Assembly (NCBI RefSeq): GCF_031769215.1
Contig: NW_026782221.1
Span: 1,116,001 to 1,180,000, forward strand
Reading direction: 5' to 3'
Origin: Ylistrum balloti
Taxonomy: Eukaryota
Length of the DNA: 64,000 nt
How positions within the stretch are numbered: the first letter of the stretch is position 1; the number at the start of each line of letters is the position of its first letter. The notes under the pieces were generated by a model, which did not search any database, had not been told where the DNA came from, and saw nothing but the letters and a program-made list of their open reading frames with translations. Positions 42,501 through 51,636 of the stretch are shown here, piece after piece. Both the position numbers and the translations under genes were made by a program.

Positions 42501-45500
42501 CACTAAAATGGTCAGAAGGGGGAATATTTCCTGCTTGGTAGACATGTCAGGATGGGCAAGTCAATACTGAAGACTTTACAATAGTGAATAGAACAACGAG
42601 CACTAGAAATCATACTTCTGACAGATTTCTCTGAAGTCTTATAATCTGGTTAACCTGATATTGGCCAGATCAGAGCCTGATTTAATCTAGTATGATGAGA
42701 GAATCACATGATATTTAGTTACTTTTGTTCAGTATTTGAAAATATCAAAATCATTTTTTGGATCTAATATAATTAAAACATTACTATTTGGTGAATAACA
42801 GTGAGCTATCGAATGTGAAATTATGTGCAAAATTTCTTTATCTGCGAGTAAATCTATGCCCTAAGTGAAAGAATCCTACTGATTAATGTATGAAGTTCAA
42901 GTGACAAATTGTGTAGAATATAGATGTAGGTCACAGATCAAAATGTAGGTCAGAGTAACCTACTTTAATACATAAGTAGTGTAAGAGGCAGGGCATAGTC
43001 AATCTTCTTTGAAGTAGGTCACGGGTCAAAATGTAGGTCAGAGTAACCTACTTTAATACATAAGTAGTGTAAGATATTCAACACCGTGAAATTTGTACAC
43101 AAAACATCTCATGGCTATCAAGTATATTTCAATTAGTAAACAACTTTATGTAGTATGAAAGGGCAATCCTTCCATCCTTCATAAAATAAAAGACAACATA
43201 ATTTTGTATACACATGTATAAAATAACTTAAGAGTTTTAAAGGAAAAGATGACATGTACGTATGTTTTAATGATCACTTAAGTGTATAATGTAACATGTG
43301 ATTTAATGATACATGATTTTTTGACCAATCAAAACATTGGGTAGTACCAAAAGACGTCAATAAGGAAAAGCTTATATCCTTTACTGCTGACTAACACAGC
43401 AGCATGTACACTGAAATCACTCATTACTTCCCTGTTCAATTTCCCTGTAGGTATTTAGTAGAATTCAGGATAGACTGACTTCTATCTACCCTGGTATTCT
43501 TGTACAATTTTGTAGTTGTAGAATAACAACTAAGGTCAAAACAAGTTAACAGACGAGAATTTCAACTTCTTACTAAAAGTTCATTCCTAATATCACTGAA
43601 AGAAGTATCAGGTGATGACCTAGAAAACTGAGAGATCTGCCATGTACAACAGTATGAAATATTTGAGCGTAGACCACAAAACCACAATGTTTATTACTAA
43701 CGGTAAACCTATGTACAGGGGTGTGAGTTAAAGGGGTGGTAGGTGACTATGTAGTCATGTACAATCCTTATAGTCTAGGAATGTAAATGATTTATGTCAG
43801 GTGTTAAACATGGCACTCTCACTAGAGCATCGGCTTAATTAGATACCCGGATAGGGAGATAACTACTATCAACGTTTCTAATCTGACATCTATTATATAA
43901 TCCTGCCCACAGCTTTACATCCATGTCTATGCCATAAATCATGATCTAAACATCACAAGTATAGCTACAGTTTGATAACATCATACATAGCATCATGCAG
44001 GCTTTATGTTATAACTCAGTGAATATCAGACATGATCAAATACACACACAAATATTCCACCATCCTGTTCATTACACAATAGAACCCTAAACTTGATATC
44101 ACCACAACATACCAATGTATTTTGTTTTATACGGTAAATAAATGTATCTGGTCAATCTAATCAGTGTTAGTTACATCATTTCTGTTAAATCTGGTTTATT
44201 CAACTGAGGCTTTGGGTACATAAAGGTCAAAGTTTACCAAGTGCATCCATGTTAAATCAGTTAGGCAATATGCAGATCTGGTGCATGTTCATGCATAAGT
44301 GGTGCCAATTACTGATCCCTTATCACATGGATCAGGGTGTTACAGGAGTTCTCAGGTGTGGCATATACACTTTATTATTCTGTTCAGAAAAATTTGCATG
44401 TAATTACCTTTTGATGAAAAATTTTGATAAAAAATCATGATACAAACCATTATCTTCCAAAACAAAATATGACCTTATAATATGACTGTCATAAAAACAC
44501 AAGATTCTTAAAAAAAAAAAAAACTCATTACAAAATTTTGAAATATGATTATGGTTTACAGCAGAGGTATCAGTAATTTAATTCTTCTAACTGGAATTCA
44601 ATTATGGCTTTGGCACCTACAATGATTAGGAGCATGAACAAGGCCAAAGACTGTGGCCACTTAATATGCACCGATACATATCATATACCCAATACAGATG
44701 TATGTAGTGACTAGTCTGTTTCAAGAATTCTTGATTTAATAGCATTAAATTAATTAATACATTGTCATTTCCAATCAGCAAAATGTCGCCTTATCAGATG
44801 GTATTTGAATATACCTTTTGGCTCATCAAGTTTGCTTAATATCTGATTTAATAAGTATTGCCACACAGAATGTTAAGCATTGCATAAACACCTCATTTAA
44901 AAAGTGTATAAAAAGCATCTCCTTTGTAAAGTGTTTAAAAAGTAAGAAACAAGATGTAATTGAAATACTTTAAACTTGGTCATCAATTCTACATATCAAA
45001 GAAAATTTACATTTAAATAACCTCCAAAAGATAAAGTATTAGTCTTCAGAGCAAATACAGAATCAAGTAACCTACAGAAATAAGACAGTTAAACATCTCT
45101 TTGGATAAGGTCAACAATATGCTGTTAAGAATAAACCAACAATTACTAAGTGTTTGGATAACACTTTAAACTATATATACAGCTATAGGCACTCCTTAAC
45201 CATTTCATTTCCATGTCTCATCCTTCGTAATTCCCTCGCTGACATTTACAAAATCCATCACAAATTCAAAGTATTACAGAAGGTTAAGCAATAATCAGCA
45301 ATTTCCGTTCCCAAGAATCCTCATCCTCCATGTTTGAGCATGCTATCATTACCAGTTGCCATGTACCAGGCTGGGCCTACAGGGAGATTAGTCACATGAT
45401 TTGCATTTGAATGATACCTAGACATTGTTTTTACTGCAACTTTATACAAAAACTATCAAATCAAAACCACACACATAGTTCAGGACATTTGAGGAGTTTG

Positions 45501-47060
45501 CCTGCCCTTAAAACTCGGTGAAGAGTTGACTTGGGTACGTATGAATATATATGTGTTACCGTATATTTTGATACCATCATCCTTGTATTTAGAACCACTT
45601 AAAGATGAACCTTTCATGTCCTCATATATCTGATAAAGATACAGTTTATCCTCTACATCGGGCGTACTTAAAGCAGATATATGCTACTAGGGTGAAATGG
45701 TCATACAATATTTGTACTTTATTACACTTAAAACCTGACATTTTAGAGATATTTCAAAATTTAAAATCAGGCAATGAAATGGAACCTACAGGTGACATTT
45801 TATACTAACAAGCATTGATAATTTTGTGTCAGCTAAGATACAGGCAATGAAGACGACTTTCGCCCAATCACTTTTACAGACTATAATCTATATGGTCCCT
45901 TTATCTTTTTTTCGATGATAAATTTAGCTTATTTTGGTAGACTACACGATGAAATAAGACCGGAAACACACCAAGGGTGCACAAATCTCCAATCCCAAAC
46001 CCACAGCCACTTTTACAACAGATAGGAAACCTCTCAAAGAAAACAGAATTGTACTGGTACTGAAGTCAAATGCTCCCCTTGGAGGGGATAATGGTCCCAT
46101 TTTACAAAAAAATGTTGGAATTTTTTTATGTGTTACTAAGTGAACATAAAAATATCAAGAGCATATGTGTTACAAGCATATTATTTTGACATTTCTGAAG
46201 TGTTATAGTGTGATGTACTTAAGTATGTATGTAAGCATCCAAAAGTGTCAAGTAATAGTATAGTATATGTAACAAACATGACAAAGACTTAGATTGTAAG
46301 GATGAATACCATAAGGAAATCCATATGTAACAAACAAGACAAAGACTTAGATTGTAAGGATGAATACCATAAGGAAATCCATATGTAACAAACATGACAA
46401 AGACTTAGATTGTAAGGATGAATACCATAAGGAAATCCATATGTAACAAACATAACAAAGACTTAGATAGTAAGGATGAATACCATAAGGAAATCCATAT
46501 GTAACAAACATGACAGAGACTTAGATAGTAAGGATGAATACCATAAGGAAATCCATATGTAACAAACATGACAGAGACTTAGATCGTAAGGATGAATACC
46601 ATAAGGAAATCCATATGTAACAAACATGACAAAGACTTAGATGGTAAGGATGTATACCATAAGGAAATCCATATGTAACAAACATGACAGAGACTTAGAT
46701 CGTAAGGATGTATACCATAAGGAAATCCATATGTAACAAACATGACAGAGACTTAGATGGTAAGAATGGACTAGAATTGACTTGTGTTCCTTGTGATCAT
46801 AATCTTAATTATCTACTCATCAGCATGATAAATATATACACTTAACAAAAGGACAATATCAGAGTAAACAAATGAAAAAAATGTGTTGAAGGATTTAAGA
46901 ACAAAGTTAAATATGACTTACCTTTGGGACGTAAATTTCCACATGTTGTTACTATCATAGCACCTGAATAAGGTAATATAGCACAGAGAATGGAGACCAA
47001 CAGAAACAGATCAAAGTAACAAAGTTTGTCTGTTGATCCCAATGTCCTTGATTTATCCAT
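6246..47060 (-). CDS. Sema2a: Semaphorin-2A-like gene (signal peptide, Sema, PSI, Ig); 16 joined coding exons, C-terminus unresolved
   Basis: Manual splicing gives one open frame of 1948 nt with GT-AG junctions and matching phases. Motifs KLYYR..LFVGAM, DCQNHIR, CPNDP..NSTALYVESGNPG, FVGSFD...[42 protein letters not shown] and DPFCAW match class-2 semaphorins as recalled from fly Sema-2a. Orthology is not tested. Confidence 0.93.
6905..7405 (+). mobile_element. Non-autonomous Helentron/HINE-like element (degenerate)
   Basis: Starts acaacaag; has internal catttgacccctgtgaccttga and agaagaag cores; ends aagctc...gagctaaaaa. This architecture resembles bivalve Helentron-associated repeats, and the core is shared with 15145 and 43014. 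Confidence 0.5.
7423..7472 (-). CDS. Sema2a: Semaphorin exon 15 (PSI-Ig linker)
   Basis: aatttcag|PSYYTYKNIDSYTPEA|gtaagt; 50 nt. Phase 2 to 1 exactly bridges exons 14 and 16. Confidence 0.82.
7702..8378. repeat. 34-bp minisatellite, about 20 copies, overlapping the exon 14 donor
   Basis: Unit gttgtaaatggagataatt(a/g)actt(g/a)ctcattaaa. Confidence 0.97.
8370..8530 (-). CDS. Sema2a: Semaphorin exon 14 (end of Sema, PSI domain)
   Basis: cttttcag|GENIYVGSDTAVKQVNIVTCSRYDKTDTCAHDPFCAWKIVPGECIRMDRSYFN(E)|gtaagt; 161 nt. Confidence 0.93.
8519..8830. repeat. ~70-bp tandem repeat, about 4.5 copies, overlapping the exon 14 acceptor
   Basis: ctctccctga recurs at 8525, 8596, 8666 and 8737, with a degenerate copy at 8803. 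Confidence 0.95.
8850..8962 (-). CDS. Sema2a: Semaphorin exon 13
   Basis: tttcacag|(S)KGQIYKIFLEQGSKQGIISSVYNLFNIPEPIWAMKLK|gtaagt; 113 nt. Confidence 0.92.
9095..9745. repeat. 50-bp minisatellite, about 13 copies, with a 3-unit higher-order repeat
   Basis: Unit tttgtgaaacgcaggtaagtagagagaagttttcttctctacagaacaaa. Confidence 0.97.
9830..10019 (-). CDS. Sema2a: Semaphorin exon 12
   Basis: cttttcag|[63 protein letters not shown]|gtaagt; 190 nt. Confidence 0.94.
10262..10412 (-). CDS. Sema2a: Semaphorin exon 11
   Basis: cttcccag|NGISASAICAYNVSDILRSYRGRFKSQASTNTNWLPADNEPANWPNRPPN|gtaggt; 151 nt. Confidence 0.94.
10694..10745 (-). CDS. Sema2a: Semaphorin exon 10
   Basis: ctattacag|(Q)DVERVGDIFYGLFTTN(V)|gtgagt; 52 nt, phase 1 to 2. 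Confidence 0.92.
10746..11300. repeat. 57-bp minisatellite, 9-10 copies, overlapping the exon 10 acceptor
   Basis: Unit tagaaatacactaattaatacagtctctaatacaataacacttagtgtcccctgata. Confidence 0.96.
11290..11733. repeat. 47/48-bp minisatellite, about 9 copies
   Basis: Unit acagacaatacatagtgtcctcggggtatatgtaaaataactgctc(c)a. Confidence 0.95.
11756..11867 (-). CDS. Sema2a: Semaphorin exon 9
   Basis: gatatag|[37 protein letters not shown]|gtaagt; 112 nt. Confidence 0.95.
12290..12411 (-). CDS. Sema2a: Semaphorin exon 8
   Basis: ataacag|(K)[40 protein letters not shown]|gtaatg; 122 nt. Confidence 0.95.
12714..12860 (-). CDS. Sema2a: Semaphorin exon 7
   Basis: aattcag|(E)SGNPGNVSALYSGTSASGRPFIYRPRLMDNGVESSGYMKTVDDDIWIN|gtaaga; 147 nt, phase 1 to 1. 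Confidence 0.93.
13094..13187 (-). CDS. Sema2a: Semaphorin exon 6
   Basis: gtttcag|IDVMETRESQGISAESMCPNDPFQNSTALYV|gtacga; 94 nt, phase 0 to 1. Confidence 0.92.
14389..14502 (-). CDS. Sema2a: Semaphorin exon 5
   Basis: tttgacag|FPDCQNHIRFIERYMTSDPNQIYFCGTGAMRPLGYTLN|gtaagt; 114 nt. Confidence 0.94.
14855..14926 (-). CDS. Sema2a: Semaphorin exon 4
   Basis: ttttacag|DHYKLKVLATDTQISYCKYDAKPE|gtgagt; 72 nt, phase 0 to 0. Confidence 0.88.
15070..15335 (+). mobile_element. Second degenerate HINE-like copy
   Basis: Contains atatttgacccctgtgaccttgaa and gttaagaagaagtt, and ends aagctcacc...gtgagttaat. Confidence 0.4.
15928..15973 (-). CDS. Sema2a: Semaphorin exon 3
   Basis: ctcttccag|NHIIRLNVANISKKF|gtaagt; 46 nt, phase 2 to 0. 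Confidence 0.9.
16973..17081 (-). CDS. Sema2a: Semaphorin exon 2
   Basis: tcctttcag|(D)LQVDTAYEGDIMAPEKLYYRYLHIDEASNSLFVGA(M)|gtaagt; 109 nt, phase 1 to 2. Confidence 0.93.
18620..18790. repeat. Degenerate ~60-bp tandem repeat
   Basis: tacatggtgtga recurs three times, along with aggagatttagggcc and gatacacagtagg. Confidence 0.7.
19197..19630 (-). ncRNA. 63-bp tandem array (about 7 units) derived from a Penelope-type minimal hammerhead ribozyme, probably inactivated
   Basis: Minus-strand units read GAUGA-A-GGUGAC-loop-GUCAUC-GAAACGUC-ACAC. The terminal unit carries an intact CUGAGGA (19621-19627) but has lost GAAAC. Confidence 0.5.
19859..21510. repeat. 55-bp minisatellite, about 30 copies
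   Basis: Unit ggtaaacaaattatctacatgtatggtggggagtggacatgtcctgtagggtaaa; several units have internal deletions. Confidence 0.98.
23118..23615 (+). mobile_element. Non-autonomous Helentron/HINE-like element
   Basis: Starts acaagaggcc; internal ggggtcatgaaatttacaattt, tttgacccttttt and agaagaagtcgaaaatg; ends tcaggtgacctaaaaa. Confidence 0.55.
29915..30210 (+). mobile_element. Decayed LINE reverse-transcriptase fragment
   Basis: Frameshifted remnants TLLHLNIYI, FLLMF(T)-DDQAI and QWKLNINIDNSKT resemble the SPxLFNIFIND, LLFADD and WKLxVNxxKTK motifs of LINE RTs. Confidence 0.42.
32141..33040. repeat. 46-bp minisatellite, about 20 copies
   Basis: Unit ctgtctgttgtagccaaggtttcttaactctaactggtcttaaggt. 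Confidence 0.97.
33340..33950. repeat. 49-bp minisatellite, about 12 copies
   Basis: Unit gacttgaagccaagctgtcttcattcacaatagccatggaggtcgaccc. Confidence 0.97.
35185..35575. repeat. Degenerate ~29-bp-based tandem repeat with ~118-bp higher-order units
   Basis: Recurrent aagttagacatg and aagttaaaacactgataggtgtcctactg. Confidence 0.8.
38026..38430. repeat. 46-bp minisatellite, about 9 copies
   Basis: Unit gaccacaactctgtataaggtaggatatgacatccatgttttatac. Confidence 0.96.
39880..40330 (+). mobile_element. Decayed RTE-type LINE C-terminal fragment
   Basis: Frameshifted LLNNIWKGRQIT, VLPTM, CHDRV..PEV and WTDHI..PDSKRGKVF are in the order expected for VW..RGI / VLPTLLYG / WQDKIPDTEV / WAGHV.RMPD in RTE ORFs. 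Confidence 0.38.
41598..42056. repeat. 27-bp minisatellite, about 17 copies
   Basis: Unit ccatattc(tct/acc)ctgc(t/a)ctttatcaa(t/c)a; reads EYGIDKEQR on the minus strand. Confidence 0.96.
42860..43190 (-). mobile_element. Inverted HINE/satellite-like fragment with an internal ~88-bp duplication
   Basis: aggtcacgggtcaaaatgt is the reverse complement of the tttgaccc.tgacct core. A ~60-bp block is repeated at 42926 and 43014. Confidence 0.38.
46264..46765. repeat. 58-bp minisatellite, about 8.5 copies
   Basis: Unit atatgtaacaaacatgacaaagacttagattgtaaggatgaataccataaggaaatcc; starts about 160 bp into intron 1. Confidence 0.96.
46922..47060 (-). CDS. Sema2a: Semaphorin coding exon 1 (signal peptide)
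   Basis: MDKSRTLGSTDKLCYFDLFLLVSILCAILPYSGAMIVTTCGNLRPK has a hydrophobic h-region. The donor AAG|gtaagt is phase 1 and matches exon 2. The exon extends 5' to an acceptor (tttcacag) at 47137. Confidence 0.8.
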
Positions 47061-47137
47061 CCTGAAATCTTTTGTTGAATTTGAAATAATTTGAGTTGTT
47101 CCAGTTCTATAATTCCCAGTGATTATCCAGCAGGTAT
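47061..47137 (-). other. Likely 5' UTR part of the first coding exon
   Basis: 77 nt between the acceptor ttctttcacag| and the ATG. This implies at least one further upstream exon. Confidence 0.6.
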
Positions 47138-49467
47138 CTGTGAAAGAAAAAGATCCAACTATTATTTATTGTAAGTATGCAAGTTTGGTATTCCTAGGTC
47201 CAAGAGTACAGAAAATCAAATGCTTACCAAAACTTGGAAGGATCTTTCATATTAAGGTAGCAAAAATAATGTGGAAAAATGCTATTGGCTAGAGTACAGC
47301 TTACTACTACAGTGATTCTGTTTAAGACAAATCAGATATACTATCAATAACGTTGTTATCAAAGAGATTTTTTATATATCATTATCATATCATTTTATCT
47401 TATGTCCTGAAATAGCATCAACATGAGCTCTAAACTGAAACTGTTAAAGGTCAATACCTGTTTAAAATGTCACATCATCATCTTCAACACATAACAATGC
47501 AATGATGGTTTTGCTACAGTTACACAATAGTTTCTGGTCTGGATTTGATTATTCCATGAGCAGGACTGCCATTGGCCAGTCACTAATGAGAGGATGTAGA
47601 GACCAGACAAGTTTCTATATTATTACTAACCACTTCACTTGTCACAGTCCATGTCATAACACCGGATGGACACTTGATTATAAGATCATTTTATTTTATC
47701 TTAGGGGTATTAAATCAATTTGAAATATTTATGACGATAACATTGCGTATAGGTTCTCTTCACATTCAGCACATCATTATGGATGTTATGGATAGACTTT
47801 TTCTGTCTGTAACTACGAAGAACATAAAATCACAGTGTGCTGTAGTTGTAGAAAACATATTCAGCATGTCTATATTACACTTTCCACTGTACCACAAAAC
47901 ATGACAGTATTTTGAGTAAATAACATGCCCACATTCTGTAACAAGCACCTGCAGGTATTACATCACAACTGACATCCCAGAGACACCAGCTTTTTTAAAT
48001 ATTAGAGCCAAACAAAAATTAGGCAGTGATTGTAGTGTTGTTACAACACTATCACTGGAAAGCTGAGTGTTGTATGTACTGATTTAGCTACACTGCTGTA
48101 CTTCATGTGTACATCATGCATCCTCACAGGCTGTACGTTAGAACTTGTGACACATGTACATATGACAAATGAAAATAAGGATAAGCTCTACACGTTCTTA
48201 ACTGGATTAATTGGTGCTACAATTACAAAACAGATACTCAGTACTGTTGTATATTTTCTGTAGAAATCCTATATCAAAGTTGATCTCAATATTATAACAA
48301 TTGTGGATGAAAGTAGGAAGTATGTATTTAACAATCCACCATTAAATCTGATCAAACACATAGAGCTAATTGAAATAAATATAAAAAGTCTCACCATGCT
48401 GTTCTCTTACAAACTCCTTTACAGTTAATGCATTATGGCTAAATTCCTTTAAAGTTAAATTGTTTTTTCCTTCCAGCTTATCATGCTTTGGAATCAGAAA
48501 AAATCAGGGTATGCAAGATTAAACCTTAAAGCTTTAACAAGAGAGGCCTAGAGCTTGATGTACAAGGTGTCAGACAACCCTGAACACACCAATGGCTTTT
48601 GTTCTAGCTTATCAGAACAACCAACTATCATGTTAATACTAACATTAAGACTACCTACAAATCAAGTACTGCTTTAATATTTTAATCAAGAAACTCTTAT
48701 TGTGTTCTGATTGACACTGCCATTCAGCAAATTTCATTCAAGAATTTTGGAGTGCCTTTCACATAAATCTTCTCCCTTCAAACTTGCTGGAGATAAAATT
48801 TGGTCACACAATCAGAGACATTTCTTTTCACTTGTTCTATTGAAATTATGACAGTTGTGAAAAAAACCTACATAACTAGGAGATGTAGAAAGCTGATAAT
48901 GTTTATTGTGAGGACTGTAAATGTCATTGTATCACTAGGACAGCCATTAATGAGGTCTGGTCTTTGGTGGTAAGCTCTCTGGTAGGTTCCAGCATTAAAA
49001 CATTTACTATGTAACCAGCAATAACTTTAGATTCCTTTTTATGTATAAGGAAAATAGTGAATATTTTTAGAAGTCTATAAACCTTGACTATGTGAAGAGA
49101 AAGTATAACACAAACCTTACAGAATACCATTAGGTACATATGCAGAGCCAGATACACTAGTTTCAGCATCTTTCTCATTACCACATATGTCTATTTTACT
49201 GGTAGGTATGTATTACTAAGGAAATAACTGTTTTTTTTTCAATTACAATTTTCCTACAATAGACTATTGTAATTATTCTTTTTCATTTGTAAGAGAAATA
49301 GATATTGGAGATTTAAATGAATTTCATTGTTAAAAAAAAACCAAGGCAAAAACATTCTGTAAGTAAATAAGCAAGTTCCTCTAAAGTTTCTATAAAAGAC
49401 AGATAGAATGACATCAAATGCCTGAAGTTTTACAAAGAACATACTTGTGAGGGTACGTAAAGCTTAC

Positions 49468-50834
49468 AAATCAGTAGCAGCATCAATAACAAGTCCCAGG
49501 TCGTTTGTAGCAGAGAAGTAATCAGTGACAGCATTAGAAACAAGTCCAAGGTCATTTGTAGCAGAGAAATAATCAGTGACAGCATTAGAAACAAGTCCAA
49601 GGTCATTTGTAGCAGAGAAATAATCAGTGACAGCATTAGAAACAAGTCCAAGGTCATTTGTAGCAGAGAAATAATCAGTGACAGCATTAGTAACAAGTCC
49701 AAGGTCGTTTGTAGCAGAGAAGTAATCAGTGACAGCATTAGTAACAAGTCCAAGGTCGTTTGTAGCAGAGAAATAATCAGTGACAGCATTAGAAACAAGT
49801 CCAAGGTCATTTGTAGCAGAGAAATAATCAGTGACAGCATTAGAAACAAGTCCAAGGTCGTTTGTAGCAGAGAAATAATCAGTGACAGCATTAGTAACAA
49901 GTCCAAGGTCGTTTGTAGCAGAGAAGTAATCAGTGACAGCATTAGAAACAAGTCCAAGGTCGTTTGTAGCAGAGAAGTAATCAGTGACAGCATTAGAAAC
50001 AAGTCCAAGGTCGTTTGTAGCAGAGAAGTAATCAGTGACAGCATTAGAAACAAGTCCAAGGTCGTTTGTAGCAGAGAAATAATCAGTGACAGCATTAGAA
50101 ACAAGTCCAAGGTCGTTTGTAGCAGAGAAATAATCAGTGACAGCATTAGTAACAAGTCCAAGGTCGTTTGTAGCAGAGAAATAATCAGTGACAGCATTAG
50201 TAACAAGTCCAAGGTCGTTTGTAGCAGAGAAATAATCAGTGACAGCATTAGTAACAAGTCCAAGGTCGTTTGTAGCAGAAAAATAATCAGTGACAGCATT
50301 AGTAACAAGTCCAAGGTCGTTTGTAGCAGAAAAATAATCAGTGACAGCATTAGTAACAAGTCCAAGGTCGTTTGTAGCAGAGAAATAATCAGTGACAGCA
50401 TTAGAAACAAGTCCAAGGTCGTTTGTAGCAGAGAAATAATCAGTGACAGCATTAGTAACAAGTCCAAGGTCGTTTGTAGCAGAAAAATAATCAGTGACAG
50501 CATTAGTAACAAGTCCAAGGTCGTTTGTAGCAGAAAAATAATCAGTGACAGCATTAGTAACAAGTCCAAGGTCGTTTGTAGCAGAAAAATAATCAGTGAC
50601 AGCATTAGTAACAAGTCCAAGGTCGTTTGTAGCAGAGAAATAATCAGTGACAGCATTAGTAACAAGTCCAAGGTCATTTGTAGCAGAGAAATAATCAGTG
50701 ACAGCATTAGTAACAAGTCCAAGGTCGTTTGTAGCAGAGAAATAATCAGTGACAGCATTAGCAACAAGTCCAAGGTCGTTTGTAGCAGAGAAATAATCAG
50801 TGACAGCATTAGTAACAAGTCCAAGGTCGTTTGT
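49468..50834. repeat. 51-bp minisatellite, about 27 copies, with stop-free frames
   Basis: Unit gtttgtagcagagaaataatcagtgacagcattagtaacaagtccaaggtc. Confidence 0.98.
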
Positions 50835-51636
50835 GGTAATGGTAAAAGTAAGTTGCTGGTCTGTCTTGTACACACAATTTTCATGAACCTTTGTTTTATT
50901 GATTCACACTGACCTATCATTGACAATAATATGAGTTGATAAGATGTAGTTTAGCTACTTCACTACCATTGAAAGCCTTGAGCATTAACTGAGGATGAAC
51001 TGTAGTTTGCTATGAAACAGTAGTCAAATCAACAATAACAAGAATGAATCTGAAATATTCTTCTGTTTTACTCTCATTAGACCATTGTATAGGCTGTCTG
51101 TTGACATAAAATTTCAGTACTTGTTCCGTCCAATGAATATCATTATGTAGACTGTCATGGTTTGGCATTTCTAAACTTGTTTTCAGAATTACATAAAAGG
51201 AATTATTTTTCTGGTGCTATCTATAAAATCTGGTGTACTGTTATACAATAAAATGTCAAAAAGTTTCCTGCCTGTTGTAGCAGTAACAAAAGTGCACCAG
51301 GTTCTATTTCAGGTCATTGTGCCAGACATGTTTTCCTACAAACTTGTTTAGACAGTTCTTTTTATATCACAATTGTTGACAAGGTTTGTCCCAATTGTAA
51401 ATGCTAAATTAGCGTTAACAAAAACTTCACTATAACCTATTACCCGGTTGTATATCAGCATTTTACTTGTTCATGTCTATGAATGAAAATTAAAAATGTT
51501 TAAAATCATCTTAGAATGCTGTGAAAGTTAAAAAGTATTCTTAAAAGTATGCATGGATGATGGGCAATGTACATCAAACTAGACTCTGTACCAAACAGAC
51601 ATGTTGGTCAGTGTGAACTAAAAAAGACAGAAGAAT

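Noticed and set aside
47228-47289. Possible small 5' UTR exon (ctctag| ... ttg|gtaagc) 90 nt upstream of the first coding exon
   Set aside because: It is plausible but cannot be distinguished from several other donor-like sites without transcript data.
49430-50926. 498-aa Leu-rich ORF as a stand-alone membrane protein
   Set aside because: It is a read-through of the 51-bp repeat, the listed start is TTG, and the recurrent variants are non-synonymous in this frame. It is kept only in the splice-fusion hypothesis.
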